61,695 nt of DNA, from the NCBI GenBank assembly GCA_016870615.1, contig VGAZ01000002.1:1-61695 (forward strand), written 5' to 3'. Below, one piece after another: positions 11,200-20,953 of this stretch. This stretch comes from Actinomycetota bacterium (GTDB lineage: Bacteria > Actinomycetota > Humimicrobiia > Humimicrobiales > Humimicrobiaceae). The notes beneath the pieces were generated by a model. It searched no databases. It was not told the origin of the DNA and saw only the letters and a list, made by a program, of their open reading frames with translations. Position 1 is the stretch's first letter, and each line of letters begins with the position of its first letter. The position numbers and the translations under genes are program-made.

Positions 11200-11366
11200 A
11201 ATTTTTTAATTTTAATGATTATGGCGCTAATAGTCAATTTTAAAGTTTGATTGTTATTTACTGCTATTTTAAATCCTGCATGTTTATCCTTAAGGAAATA
11301 ATTCATGGAGTCTAGAATTTTTCAGGAAATTTAAAGAATTATATAATTACATCCGATATATAATGT

Positions 11367-13082
11367 ATGGAAAGTTTATACAATAATAACAGGGAAAATT
11401 CTTATAACCAGCAGTGCCTGGATGGAAAAGCAAAAATCGCTTATTTCTCTATGGAAATAGGCATAAATGAAAGTATTCCTACTTATAGCGGAGGTTTGGG
11501 TATTCTTGCCGGGGATACAATAAAATCCTGTGCAGACCTGAATGTGCCAATAGTGGGCATTACTCTTCTTTCTGAAAAGGGATATTTTCACCAGAAGATA
11601 GACGAACACGGAAACCAGCTGGAAATGCCTATACAATTTTCTGCTCCAAAGTACCTTGAGCTATTACCGCCTGTAATAAATATATCCATTGAAGAGCGCA
11701 AGGTTGCTGTGCGTGCATGGCTTTACCGGCACCAGGGAATAAATAATTATGTAGTACCTGTGTTTTTTCTTGACTCCAACCTTGACCAAAACAGTGAATG
11801 GGACAGAAATCTTACCAAATACCTATACGGAGGAGATGAGAAATACCGTTTGGGGCAGGAAATGGTGCTTGGCATAGGAGGCATCAGAATGCTTAAAGCG
11901 CTTGGTTACAATAAAATAAACAGATACCATATGAATGAAGGCCATGCCGCTTTCGGCACACTTGAGCTTTTTTCAGAATTAAAAGATGCAGATATAGTAA
12001 GAGATAAATGTGTTTTTACCACGCACACGCCGGTTGCAGCTGGGCATGACCAGTTTGACCTCTCTTTTGCAAGGCCGATGCTGGGAAAAATGCTGCCGGA
12101 GGATATAGAGCATTTTGCCACACTTTCAAATAAATTGAACATGACAATGCTTGCCCTTTATTTCAGCCATTATGTCAACGGGGTGGCAAAAAAACACGGA
12201 GAGGTCTCAAGGGTAATGTTTCCAGGTTATTCCATTGATTCAATAACCAATGGCGTGCACGCCACTTCCTGGGTTACAGATTCTTTCCGGAATCTTTTTG
12301 ACCGGCACATACCCGGATGGAGAAGCGACCCGTTTACTCTAAGGTCCGCTTTCAGCATTGATAAAAAAGAGGTATGGGATGCACATCTGGATGCCAAGAA
12401 AGAACTTATAAATTTTGTAAATATGACCTGCAATGCAGGCATGAATACAGAAGATTTTACTATAGGATTTGCCAGGCGGCAGACAGCTTATAAAAGGCCT
12501 GATCTCTTACTTTCTGATATTAACCGGCTGGAAGAAATTGCAAAAAAAGCCGGGCCTGTGCAGATAATATATGCAGGAAAGGCTCATCCGCAAGATCATT
12601 CGGGCAAGGAATCTATTAAGAAGATCTGCCAGGTTATAATGAAAAACAATAATGAAAACATAAATATGGTATTTATACCTAATTATGATATGACAATAGG
12701 AAAAATGATGGTGGCCGGTGTTGATTTGTGGCTCAATACTCCAAGAAGGCCAAATGAAGCTTCGGGAACTTCCGGCATGAAGGCAGCCTGCAATGGCGTG
12801 CCGCAATTCGGGACCCTGGACGGCTGGTGGCTTGAGGGCTGCATTGAAAATATAACAGGCTGGTCAATAGGTCCAGAAAATATGAATGAGAGCCATATAT
12901 CAGATGATATTGCGGACAGCAACGATTTGTATGAAAAGCTTGAAAATGCAATAATACCCAAATTCTATAATGACCGTGATAACTGGATAAGGACCATGAG
13001 AAGCTGCATAGCAATCAACGGTTCTTTTTTCAACACAAACCGCATGGTACAGCAATATGTTCTTAATGCTTATTTTAAATAA
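11367..13082 (+). CDS. glgP: Alpha-glucan phosphorylase (short GT35 family)
   Basis: 571 aa. GGLGILAGD near the N-terminus and a PLP-lysine context EASGTSGMKAACNG. Confidence 0.85.
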   Translation: MESLYNNNRENSYNQQCLDGKAKIAYFSMEIGINESIPTYSGGLGILAGDTIKSCADLNVPIVGITLLSEKGYFHQKIDEHGNQLEMPIQFSAPKYLELLPPVINISIEERKVAVRAWLYRHQGINNYVVPVFFLDSNLDQNSEWDRNLTKYLYGGDEKYRLGQEMVLGIGGIRMLKALGYNKINRYHMNEGHAAFGTLELFSELKDADIVRDKCVFTTHTPVAAGHDQFDLSFARPMLGKMLPEDIEHFATLSNKLNMTMLALYFSHYVNGVAKKHGEVSRVMFPGYSIDSITNGVHATSWVTDSFRNLFDRHIPGWRSDPFTLRSAFSIDKKEVWDAHLDAKKELINFVNMTCNAGMNTEDFTIGFARRQTAYKRPDLLLSDINRLEEIAKKAGPVQIIYAGKAHPQDHSGKESIKKICQVIMKNNNENINMVFIPNYDMTIGKMMVAGVDLWLNTPRRPNEASGTSGMKAACNGVPQFGTLDGWWLEGCIENITGWSIGPENMNESHISDDIADSNDLYEKLENAIIPKFYNDRDNWIRTMRSCIAINGSFFNTNRMVQQYVLNAYFK

Positions 13083-13127
13083 TGCAGGAACAGATTTTGC
13101 CTCAAATGGTTTTTAGAAATCAGCGTC

Positions 13128-13155
13128 TGCCAGTTAAAAGATACCTGGCATTTTG
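13128..13155 (+). terminator. Putative intrinsic terminator after glgP
   Basis: Stem TGCCAG (13128-13133) / CTGGCA (13145-13150) followed by TTTT. Confidence 0.45.
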
Positions 13156-13213
13156 CCTGGTTTCGTATAAATTAAGGGCTCATAATAAAAAATGAAAATG
13201 CAGCAGCAATCAT

Positions 13214-14086
13214 TTAAACAATGCTTTTAATATATGTTCCGGTATTAAGATTTAAATCATAATGATATTTCAGATAGTCTTCAAGAGTTTTAAAAACGCC
13301 TTTTAATAATCTGTCATTTATTGCTGCATTCATGTAAATTTTAAATTTTGCATTGAAAAGAAATCCTAAAAAAATAACTGTTTCCAGCGATATATTTTTC
13401 TTTAAATCCGGAATGTTCTGTATCCCAGGTTCACATTCCCCGCAAAAAAACCCGCCAAGCCTTATAGAAAAATAAAAACTGCCTTTATAAATATCATCCT
13501 TAAAGGATAGCTGCTTTTTTACATCAGAAATATTTTCATTATGGTTTATGGAAAAAGTGGGAAAACCGGTTTTATAAAATCCAGCGTTAATATCTTTACC
13601 GCAAATACAGCAGGCGTGCATGAGAGGAGGGTAACCGGTTATTTTTAAAAACTTTGCAATAAAAAATACTGTTATTTTTTGTAAATTATGCAGGTTCCCG
13701 CCAATTACACAGTTAAATTCACTTAAACAGGAATATAGCAGCCTGAAAATCATTGGGGTTATATCGGTGCAGCTGAAGTGGGTCTTGAGGACAATTTCAC
13801 ATATATGCTGTGAAAATAAAAAGGTGTTAAAATCTTCAGGGATGCGGCAGAAATTTTTAATAAGTTCAGCCTGGCATATCACATCAAGGTTTCTTCCTTT
13901 TGAAAGTTCAAGCTCCAGGAAATTAAAAACTTCCAGCCTTCCCCCGAATTTGCTTTTTATTTTTCTTGCCCCTTTTGCAACAGCATCCACAAGCCCGTTT
14001 TCATTTGAAAAAAGCTTGAGGATTTTATCTGCTTCGCCAAGATTATATGATTTCAGTATTATAGCCTTCGTCTTATATGAAGACAT
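13214..14086 (-). CDS. recO: DNA repair protein RecO
   Basis: 290 aa. N-terminal OB-fold-like KAIILKSYNLGEADKIL and Cys clusters CCICGKD...CGEC. Conserved position between era and glyQ. Confidence 0.8.
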   Translation of the reverse strand: MSSYKTKAIILKSYNLGEADKILKLFSNENGLVDAVAKGARKIKSKFGGRLEVFNFLELELSKGRNLDVICQAELIKNFCRIPEDFNTFLFSQHICEIVLKTHFSCTDITPMIFRLLYSCLSEFNCVIGGNLHNLQKITVFFIAKFLKITGYPPLMHACCICGKDINAGFYKTGFPTFSINHNENISDVKKQLSFKDDIYKGSFYFSIRLGGFFCGECEPGIQNIPDLKKNISLETVIFLGFLFNAKFKIYMNAAINDRLLKGVFKTLEDYLKYHYDLNLNTGTYIKSIV

Positions 14087-14088
14087 GA

Positions 14089-14802
14089 TTATTTACCAAA
14101 CAGTTCAACATACTCATCTATAATATTAAGGCCGCTGCTGGTGCCAAGCCTTGTTGCACCTGCATCAATTAAAGCCTGGGCATCCTTAAATGACTTTATG
14201 CCTCCTGCAGCTTTAACACCAATATTTCTTGTAACAATTTCCCTTATCAGCCTTATATCATCAAGCTCAGCTCCCCTGTTGCCAAAGCCTGTTGCAGTTT
14301 TTATAAAATCAGCTCCTGAAACTTCAACAATTTTACATATTTCAATTATTTCTTCTTTTTCAAGCGCTCCTGCTTCGATAACAATTTTTACATTAATCTG
14401 TTTATTGTATTCAGCCATCTGTTCTCTCCTGATTACACTTATAATTACTCCTATTTCTTTTTCAATATATGAAAAATTCCTGCTTTTAATCATTCCGAGA
14501 TTTATTACAACATCCAGCTCATCTGCCCCCTTTTTTACATTATCCCTTGCTTCAAAAACCTTGGTTTCTATGGTATTTGCACCCATGGGATAGCCCACTA
14601 CAGAGCATACTTTAACATCTGAACCTGAGAGGATTTTCTTTGCAACAGCCACGTAAGATGGATTTACAACAACGGCAGCGAAATGATTTTTCTTTGCGCT
14701 TATGCAAAGCCCCTGCACGTCGCTGACAGTAGCTGCAGGCCTTAATAATGTCTGGTCTATTGTTTTTGCAAGTTGTTCCCTGGTTAACAGTTTAACCACC
14801 AT
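14089..14802 (-). CDS. deoC: Deoxyribose-phosphate aldolase
   Basis: 237 aa class I aldolase. FIKTATGF Schiff-base lysine motif and GGIKSFKDA. Confidence 0.9.
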   Translation of the reverse strand: MVVKLLTREQLAKTIDQTLLRPAATVSDVQGLCISAKKNHFAAVVVNPSYVAVAKKILSGSDVKVCSVVGYPMGANTIETKVFEARDNVKKGADELDVVINLGMIKSRNFSYIEKEIGVIISVIRREQMAEYNKQINVKIVIEAGALEKEEIIEICKIVEVSGADFIKTATGFGNRGAELDDIRLIREIVTRNIGVKAAGGIKSFKDAQALIDAGATRLGTSSGLNIIDEYVELFGK

Positions 14803-14826
14803 TCCTTTCCAGTAAAAATATAATTA

Positions 14827-15738
14827 TTATTCATATCCTAATTTATTTAAAAAATTTTCATTCTTTGTCCAGTTTTCCATGACTTTAACCCATAGCTGGA
14901 GATACACCCTGCTGCCTAACATCTCTTCAATTTTTTCCCTCGCGCTCTGTCCCACTTTTTTCAGCATAGTTCCTGATTTCCCGATAATTATAGGTTTATG
15001 TGATTTCTTTTCAACATAAATACTGCATTCAATTTTTGTTATGTTTCCTGATGATTTAGTCCTTGATTTTTCAATATTTTCAACTTCCACAATTACACTG
15101 TGAGGCAGTTCATCAAAAAGGTTTTCTGCAAGTTTTTCCCTGACAATCTCTGAAATCATTTTACCTGCAGGCATATCAGTAATAATGCCGTCGGTAAAAT
15201 ATTTAGGCCCTTCCGGTAGCTTTTCTATCAGCATGCCAAGTAGAACATCTATATTGTCACCGGTTGCCGCAGAAACCGGGATTATATTCTCAAAAAAACC
15301 AAATTCAGCACGCAAACCGAAAACCACATCAGCAATACACGGCTTTTTTTTATCCGGCAAAAGATCCGTTTTATTTAAAACCAGTATTTTAGGCTGAACC
15401 CTGTTTTTTACTCTTTCAATAACATATTTATCCCCGGGGCCTATATTTTCTGATATATCAAGCATTGCCACTATTATGTCCACATCTTCAAGAACACTGT
15501 ATATTATTTTATTTAACTTCTGTCCGAGCAAATCCTTTGGCTTAAAAAACCCGGGGCAATCAACAAAAACAGCTTGTGCAGTTTCCGTATTGTATATACA
15601 GTTAATCCTGTCCCTGGTAGTCTGGGGTTTATCAGATGTAATAACAACATTTTTGCTTAAAATAGCATTTATAAGTGTGGACTTTCCTACATTTGTCCTT
15701 CCCGTAAGGCCAATAAAACCTGATTTAAACATGCACAT
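14827..15738 (-). CDS. era: GTPase Era
   Basis: G1 GRTNVGKSTL, G3 DCPG, G4 NKTD, and a C-terminal KH domain. The true start may be the Met 2 codons downstream. Confidence 0.93.
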   Translation of the reverse strand: MCMFKSGFIGLTGRTNVGKSTLINAILSKNVVITSDKPQTTRDRINCIYNTETAQAVFVDCPGFFKPKDLLGQKLNKIIYSVLEDVDIIVAMLDISENIGPGDKYVIERVKNRVQPKILVLNKTDLLPDKKKPCIADVVFGLRAEFGFFENIIPVSAATGDNIDVLLGMLIEKLPEGPKYFTDGIITDMPAGKMISEIVREKLAENLFDELPHSVIVEVENIEKSRTKSSGNITKIECSIYVEKKSHKPIIIGKSGTMLKKVGQSAREKIEEMLGSRVYLQLWVKVMENWTKNENFLNKLGYE

Positions 15739-15846
15739 TTTACTTTCTTTTATAATTCTGGAATTTAGCAGCAGATGTATAATAAAAATTAATTGTTATT
15801 CTTATTTTTACCATGAAAATTTCTTTTTATGAAAATGCCAATATTT

Positions 15847-16323
15847 TTAAAGTTTTAAACTCATAAGATACCTGTCTTTTCCCCTGCCGTATTCATTATA
15901 TTCTGTTTTAACTAAATTAAAGCCAAAATCTTTGTAAAGCTTCAGGGCCGGCATATTTTCAGGGTCAACTGTCAGCTCAATACTTTTAAAACCTTCATCT
16001 CTTAAAATTCCTGCAGCATACTCAAGCAGTTTCCTGCCGATTCCTTTAGAACGCTGCTCTTTAATGATATAGAAAGAATGAATAAAGGCTTTATGTTCAT
16101 CATTCCAGTCCCTGATTGCTTCACAGACCCCTGCTATCTTTTTATTTTTACCATTTTCCTGCATCACAGTTATAAATTTTCCATATCTTATAATGACTGG
16201 AATCTGCCAGGCGTTAAGGGCTGCCTCTGGGCCAAGATTTTCCTTTTCAAGTTCTATTATGTTTTCAATAAGGCTGCAATCAAAATTTTTGATAACTTCA
16301 AAAAAAATGTTTTTATCTCTCAT
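15847..16323 (-). CDS. GNAT-family N-acetyltransferase
   Basis: 158 aa with acetyl-CoA-binding motif QRSKGIGRKLLEYA. Confidence 0.8.
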   Translation of the reverse strand: MRDKNIFFEVIKNFDCSLIENIIELEKENLGPEAALNAWQIPVIIRYGKFITVMQENGKNKKIAGVCEAIRDWNDEHKAFIHSFYIIKEQRSKGIGRKLLEYAAGILRDEGFKSIELTVDPENMPALKLYKDFGFNLVKTEYNEYGRGKDRYLMSLKL

Positions 16324-16534
16324 ATTTTAAAAAAATAAAATAAAGGCCTTTTTTTCTATTTTACATTATATGTCAATAAAAAATCATGAATTGACAGCAT
16401 GATTTTACTGCCATGCATGAACAGCCGATAACCTCACCTGTATTTCTATTTTACTGCGCACAAAGTATTTTATTAGAATTTATGTTTGTTTTAATTGCAG
16501 AAAAGGGTTCAGCGGTTCAAAAACATCATATTTA

Positions 16535-17053
16535 TCAAAAGAAAGTTGAAAGAGCATCATTTAGAATACTGTTTTGTATATTTTCCATTGACCGGAAATC
16601 CTGTTTTTTTTCATGGTCATAACCATAAAGATGCAGTATGCCATGAATTATGAGGAGTGTGATTTCTTTTTCAATATCCCATTGAATAGTATTTCCATAT
16701 AAATCAATATTTTTAATTTTACTGGAATTTTCAAGAGCTATTTCAGGGCAAATAACAATTTCCCCGGTTATATAAAACCCGCAATTTTTTTGCATATCCT
16801 CCCTGCCGGGCTCCCTGATTCCCGGTGAAGTCAAACTACCGGTTTCGTATGAAAAAGATAAAACATCAGTGGGCTTGCTAAAATTCCTGTATTTAAGGTT
16901 CAGGGCGCTTATTTCATCTAAACCTGTAAATATAATATTAAGCTCAGCATTTTTGTTTGAATCAAATTTATCTGCAATATAATTTGATATTTTTCTAAAA
17001 AGCTTAATATCAAGTTCTATAGCTTTCTGCCTGTTTAAAATATTTACTTTCAA
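16535..17053 (-). CDS. ybeY: rRNA maturation endoribonuclease YbeY
   Basis: 172 aa with zinc motif HGILHLYGYDH. Lies downstream of phoH and the 7TM-HD gene. Confidence 0.9.
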   Translation of the reverse strand: MKVNILNRQKAIELDIKLFRKISNYIADKFDSNKNAELNIIFTGLDEISALNLKYRNFSKPTDVLSFSYETGSLTSPGIREPGREDMQKNCGFYITGEIVICPEIALENSSKIKNIDLYGNTIQWDIEKEITLLIIHGILHLYGYDHEKKQDFRSMENIQNSILNDALSTFF

Positions 17054-17070
17054 TATTATCTAAATTTATG

Positions 17071-19269
17071 CTATTGATTTACCGAACTGGCAGCTTTAAG
17101 ATTCTGGCCCGGGTAGGTTAATCTTGAATGATAAATGGATATCAACCCGTCTGTGAGGCTCTGTTTTATTTTATTGATCTCTTTTAAGGTTATATCTGCC
17201 TCGCTGAGCTGCCCGTCTTTAATTTTATTTTCAAATATGTAATCAACCATCTGCTCGACTTTTTTTGGGGTTATCTCTTCAATAGATCTTACTGCAGCTT
17301 CAGAAGAATCTGCAAGCATAAGTATTGCAGCTTCCCTGCTCTGCGGTTTCTGTGTCTGGTAACGGAAATGGCTCTCAACAAGTGCAGAATTTCCGTTAGA
17401 AGTCCTGATGGTTTCCATATCTTTGTGTTTTTCATAAAAATATGTCATAAGCGAAGTTCCGTGATGCTGGGCTATTACAGATATGACTCTTCTTGGTATT
17501 TTATGTTTAATTGCATCTTCAACCCCATCCCTTATGTGGCTGGATATAATATTTTTACTCATTGAGGGATTAAGCTTGTCATGCACATTGTCCATTGCTC
17601 CCTGGTTCTCATAAAAATACTCCGGCCTTTTCAGCTTTCCAAGGTCATGATAAAGGGCTGCAACTTTCACAAGAAGTGAATCAGCGCCGATTGCTTTTGC
17701 AGCATTTTCTGAAAGGTGCGAAACAAGCAGGCTGTGATTATATGTGCCAGGAGCTTTAATAAGCATTTCCTTAAGTATCGGCTGGTCAGTATGGGAAAGT
17801 TCAAGCAGGCCCATAGCTGTAACTATCTTGAAAGCTGATTCAATAAAAGGCATTAGCCCTATTGCAAGGATGGCGCATATTGTGCCATTTAAAAGTCCCA
17901 TGGCAGTGTAAAGTGCAATTGTTGCAGGCTGCCCGCTTGGAAGATTTACCACAAAAAACATAAATGCAAGTATAATCGAGCTTACAAACCCGGTTCTCAT
18001 AATGTTTGATCTCTGTGCAAAACTTGATACAAGAAAAGTTGAAAATATTCCTGCAGCCATATAGGCCAGGGTGATACTGAAATCAAGGTTTGTTACAATG
18101 CCTGCAAAAAAAGAAAGGCTTATTGTAATTATTATGCTGAGATTTGCATTAAATACTATTGTCATAATAATGGACACGGCAATAATGGGGAAAAGATAAT
18201 TCCACAGGTTTAAGTGAATTGAGGCCAGCGTATTGAGCCCTTTGATTATGCCCATAAATACTATAAGGAAAACAGATATCATTAGCAATTTCCTTATATT
18301 GTTATAAATAACTGCCTCAAACCTGTAAATATAAAAACTCAGTAATGCCATGATAAAAAGCACAATAAGGGAAACATACAGGTATCTTTTCCAGTTAACC
18401 TCCTGCTCAAGGAGCCCAAGTTTCTGGAGTATTATAATATCATCTTCTTCAATAATGTCGCCTTCAGATACTATTATCTGCCCTTCAAGTATGCTGACCA
18501 TATGGGGAGATGTTTTAATCCTTGCTTCCTGCCTTGCTTTTTCAGTTGCCGCAGGATTAAATGTTGCTGTAGGTTTAATATTTTCCTTAAGCACTGAAAT
18601 AACGAGCGGTTTTGCAAATGACGGGATATTTTCATTATTGATAATAATGTCATCAACTTTATTTTTTACAAAATCAACCTCGTTTGGTTTAATTTTTACA
18701 TCCATTATATTTTTAGCAACTGAAAGTGTTTCTTCCATAATATCCATATTTTTTTCAGGAGAAAGCGCAAGTACAGCACTTACCGCAGATTCCGGATAGC
18801 TGTTGCCAAGGAGGTTGACAAGATATGAAAGCTTTTCCTCATCAGTCTTATTATCTTTTGCCTGCACTGTTCGGGAAAGAAGGAAAAAATACCTTATCTG
18901 GTAAAGAACGCCCTGCCTGCCATTTAAAACTTCTGTATCATATTCATATACATCCTCAACCTGCGCTGCATTTTTATTGCGGTCCTCTTCAGTTTTTGCA
19001 CTGTTTTCGAATTGTATATTCCGGTTGGCTTTTATAGTTCTTGGGCTTGCCTGGTTTAGCTCAATACCTATATCAGGCGTATAATTGTATGCAAGGATTG
19101 CTGCAATGGCAAATGCAGTAAATACAAAAAGATATATTCTCTGGGCAATCCTGCTCCTGAAGGAAAAATATTTCCATATAATCCCCCTGGGGCTATTTAT
19201 ACTCACATATTCCCCTGATTTTATTATTTCCTTTGTTTTTATTTTAAGATTCCTGTTCTTAGCTATCAT
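17071..19269 (-). CDS. pgpH: 7TM-HD membrane phosphohydrolase (PgpH/YqfF-like)
   Basis: 732 aa. Extracytoplasmic N-domain, seven TM helices, and an HD domain (HSLLVSHL, LYHDLGK). Conserved phoH-yqfF-ybeY order. Confidence 0.8.
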   Translation of the reverse strand: MIAKNRNLKIKTKEIIKSGEYVSINSPRGIIWKYFSFRSRIAQRIYLFVFTAFAIAAILAYNYTPDIGIELNQASPRTIKANRNIQFENSAKTEEDRNKNAAQVEDVYEYDTEVLNGRQGVLYQIRYFFLLSRTVQAKDNKTDEEKLSYLVNLLGNSYPESAVSAVLALSPEKNMDIMEETLSVAKNIMDVKIKPNEVDFVKNKVDDIIINNENIPSFAKPLVISVLKENIKPTATFNPAATEKARQEARIKTSPHMVSILEGQIIVSEGDIIEEDDIIILQKLGLLEQEVNWKRYLYVSLIVLFIMALLSFYIYRFEAVIYNNIRKLLMISVFLIVFMGIIKGLNTLASIHLNLWNYLFPIIAVSIIMTIVFNANLSIIITISLSFFAGIVTNLDFSITLAYMAAGIFSTFLVSSFAQRSNIMRTGFVSSIILAFMFFVVNLPSGQPATIALYTAMGLLNGTICAILAIGLMPFIESAFKIVTAMGLLELSHTDQPILKEMLIKAPGTYNHSLLVSHLSENAAKAIGADSLLVKVAALYHDLGKLKRPEYFYENQGAMDNVHDKLNPSMSKNIISSHIRDGVEDAIKHKIPRRVISVIAQHHGTSLMTYFYEKHKDMETIRTSNGNSALVESHFRYQTQKPQSREAAILMLADSSEAAVRSIEEITPKKVEQMVDYIFENKIKDGQLSEADITLKEINKIKQSLTDGLISIYHSRLTYPGQNLKAASSVNQ

Positions 19270-20272
19270 TTTTTATCTCCTGCTGCAGGGACTCTTCATA
19301 CATTTTATAAGCATCGACTATTTTCTGTACCAGAGAATGCCTAACAACATCACGGGAAGTAAGATAAATGAAATCTATCCCTTTTACTTTGTTTAGAATA
19401 TTTCTTACATGAATGAGTCCGCTTTTCTTTTCCACAGGCAAGTCAACCTGTGTAATATCACCGGTAATAACAATTTTTGACCCGAATCCCAGCCTTGTCA
19501 AAAACATTTTCATCTGCTCAGGCGACGCGTTCTGTGCTTCATCAAGTATTATAAATGAGTCATTTAATGTTCTTCCCCTCATGTAAGCAAGAGGAACAAC
19601 CTCAATAACGCCTATGTCCATATAGTGCTGGAACGTTTCAACATCAAGCATTTCATAAAGCGCATCATATAAAGGCCTCAGATATGGATTAACCTTGTCA
19701 TATAAATCACCGGGTAAAAATCCCAGCTTTTCACCTGCTTCAACAACCGGTTTTACAAGTATTATTCTCCCGATTTCATTATTTACAAGCGATCCCACAG
19801 CCATCGCAAGCGCAAGGTATGTTTTGCCTGTGCCGGCGGGCCCTATGCCAAATACTATGGTATTGTCCCTGATGGCTTCTATATATTTTTTCTGCCCTTC
19901 TGTCCTGGGCTTGATTTTTTTACCGCTATTAACAGTGATAAAATCGCTGAATATTTCATGCGGTTTTATACCGGACTTATCCTCCATAATTTTTATTGAA
20001 TCATTTATTTTCTGTGAATCCATTTTCTGCCCAAGGTTAATCTGCAGTGTAAGTTCACCAAGCAATTTAATTACTTTCTGTACATTTTTGTTTTTACCGC
20101 TTACTTCAATATCGTTACCAAGCACAAAAATGTCAACATCGTATTCATTTTCTATAAGCCTTATCAGCTTGTCCCTGTCCCCCAGCAATTCAGCAATTGA
20201 GTGATTTTTTGCAAAATCAAGGGTTATTTTCTGCCTGGATTGATACAAGGGCACCTCCATTAAGTTTACCAT
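19259..20272 (-). CDS. phoH: PhoH-family ATPase
   Basis: 337 aa. P-loop GPAGTGKTY and ILDEAQN Walker B. Confidence 0.92.
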   Translation of the reverse strand: MVNLMEVPLYQSRQKITLDFAKNHSIAELLGDRDKLIRLIENEYDVDIFVLGNDIEVSGKNKNVQKVIKLLGELTLQINLGQKMDSQKINDSIKIMEDKSGIKPHEIFSDFITVNSGKKIKPRTEGQKKYIEAIRDNTIVFGIGPAGTGKTYLALAMAVGSLVNNEIGRIILVKPVVEAGEKLGFLPGDLYDKVNPYLRPLYDALYEMLDVETFQHYMDIGVIEVVPLAYMRGRTLNDSFIILDEAQNASPEQMKMFLTRLGFGSKIVITGDITQVDLPVEKKSGLIHVRNILNKVKGIDFIYLTSRDVVRHSLVQKIVDAYKMYEESLQQEIKNDS

Positions 20273-20324
20273 TCATTACTTAAACGAAAGTCTGCAGCAT
20301 TGCTATTATGCAAGGCCAGGTTTT

Positions 20325-20669
20325 TTAGCCCGGCGGCCATTTAAAATTTCTTTTACCAAGAATATGAAAATGCAGATGATTTACACTCTGGCCCGCAGAA
20401 CTGCCGGTATTTGTCACCACCCTGAAGCCCGATTTATCAAGACCAATATCTTTTGCAGTCTTTGCAATAACGCTTAAAAGCTCTAAAGCCTGCTTGCTGT
20501 CAAGTTTATCAATCTCCGCTATCGAGTTTATATGCTTTTTCGGGACCGCAAGCAGATGTACAGGCGCATGTGGATTTATATCTTTAAATACCAGGACATT
20601 ATCACTTTCATATATAATTTCACTTTTTATTTCTTTATTTATAATTTTACAAAAAAGACAGTCTTTCAT
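20325..20669 (-). CDS. HIT-family nucleotide hydrolase
   Basis: 114 aa with histidine triad HLHFHILG. Confidence 0.9.
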   Translation of the reverse strand: MKDCLFCKIINKEIKSEIIYESDNVLVFKDINPHAPVHLLAVPKKHINSIAEIDKLDSKQALELLSVIAKTAKDIGLDKSGFRVVTNTGSSAGQSVNHLHFHILGKRNFKWPPG

Positions 20670-20830
20670 AAAACAATCCTTTATTAAATTAACAAAAAAA
20701 CCGCTTAATTTTTTTGTTTCTTACATTATTGTCTATTCTTTACCTGCCTATTATCCAGGATTTTAATAATTTTGACAAAATTTTTAACGTAAAGCTATGA
20801 AATTATACTCTTTTATAAAATTATTACAAT

Positions 20831-20929
20831 ATGCTTGCAGGCCGCGCAAGCATCTAAAATTCCGGGATAAATAATTAAAGGGACAGGATGGGTTGTTTAT
20901 AAAACCATTTTAAGGCGAAGCGGGCACGG
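20831..20929. repeat. Intergenic repeat element copy A: tight hairpin plus ~80-nt conserved core
   Basis: Hairpin ATGCTTGC-aggccgc-GCAAGCAT at 20831-20853. Positions 20849-20929 align at roughly three-quarters identity with 53530-53609, sharing AGCATCTAaAATT and AAGCGGGCAyGG. Confidence 0.5.
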
Positions 20930-20953
20930 ATTAATAACTGACGGGTGCTTCTT

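Noticed and set aside
11200-11366. Expected T-box leader upstream of glyQS, as in many Firmicutes.
   Set aside because: The 167-nt upstream region has no T-box motif (AGGGTGGTACCGCG-like), no specifier-loop features and no terminator/antiterminator pair.
16413-16622. 69-aa plus-strand ORF between the GNAT gene and ybeY.
   Set aside because: It has no RBS, overlaps the 3' end of ybeY on the opposite strand, and has an uninformative hydrophobic translation.
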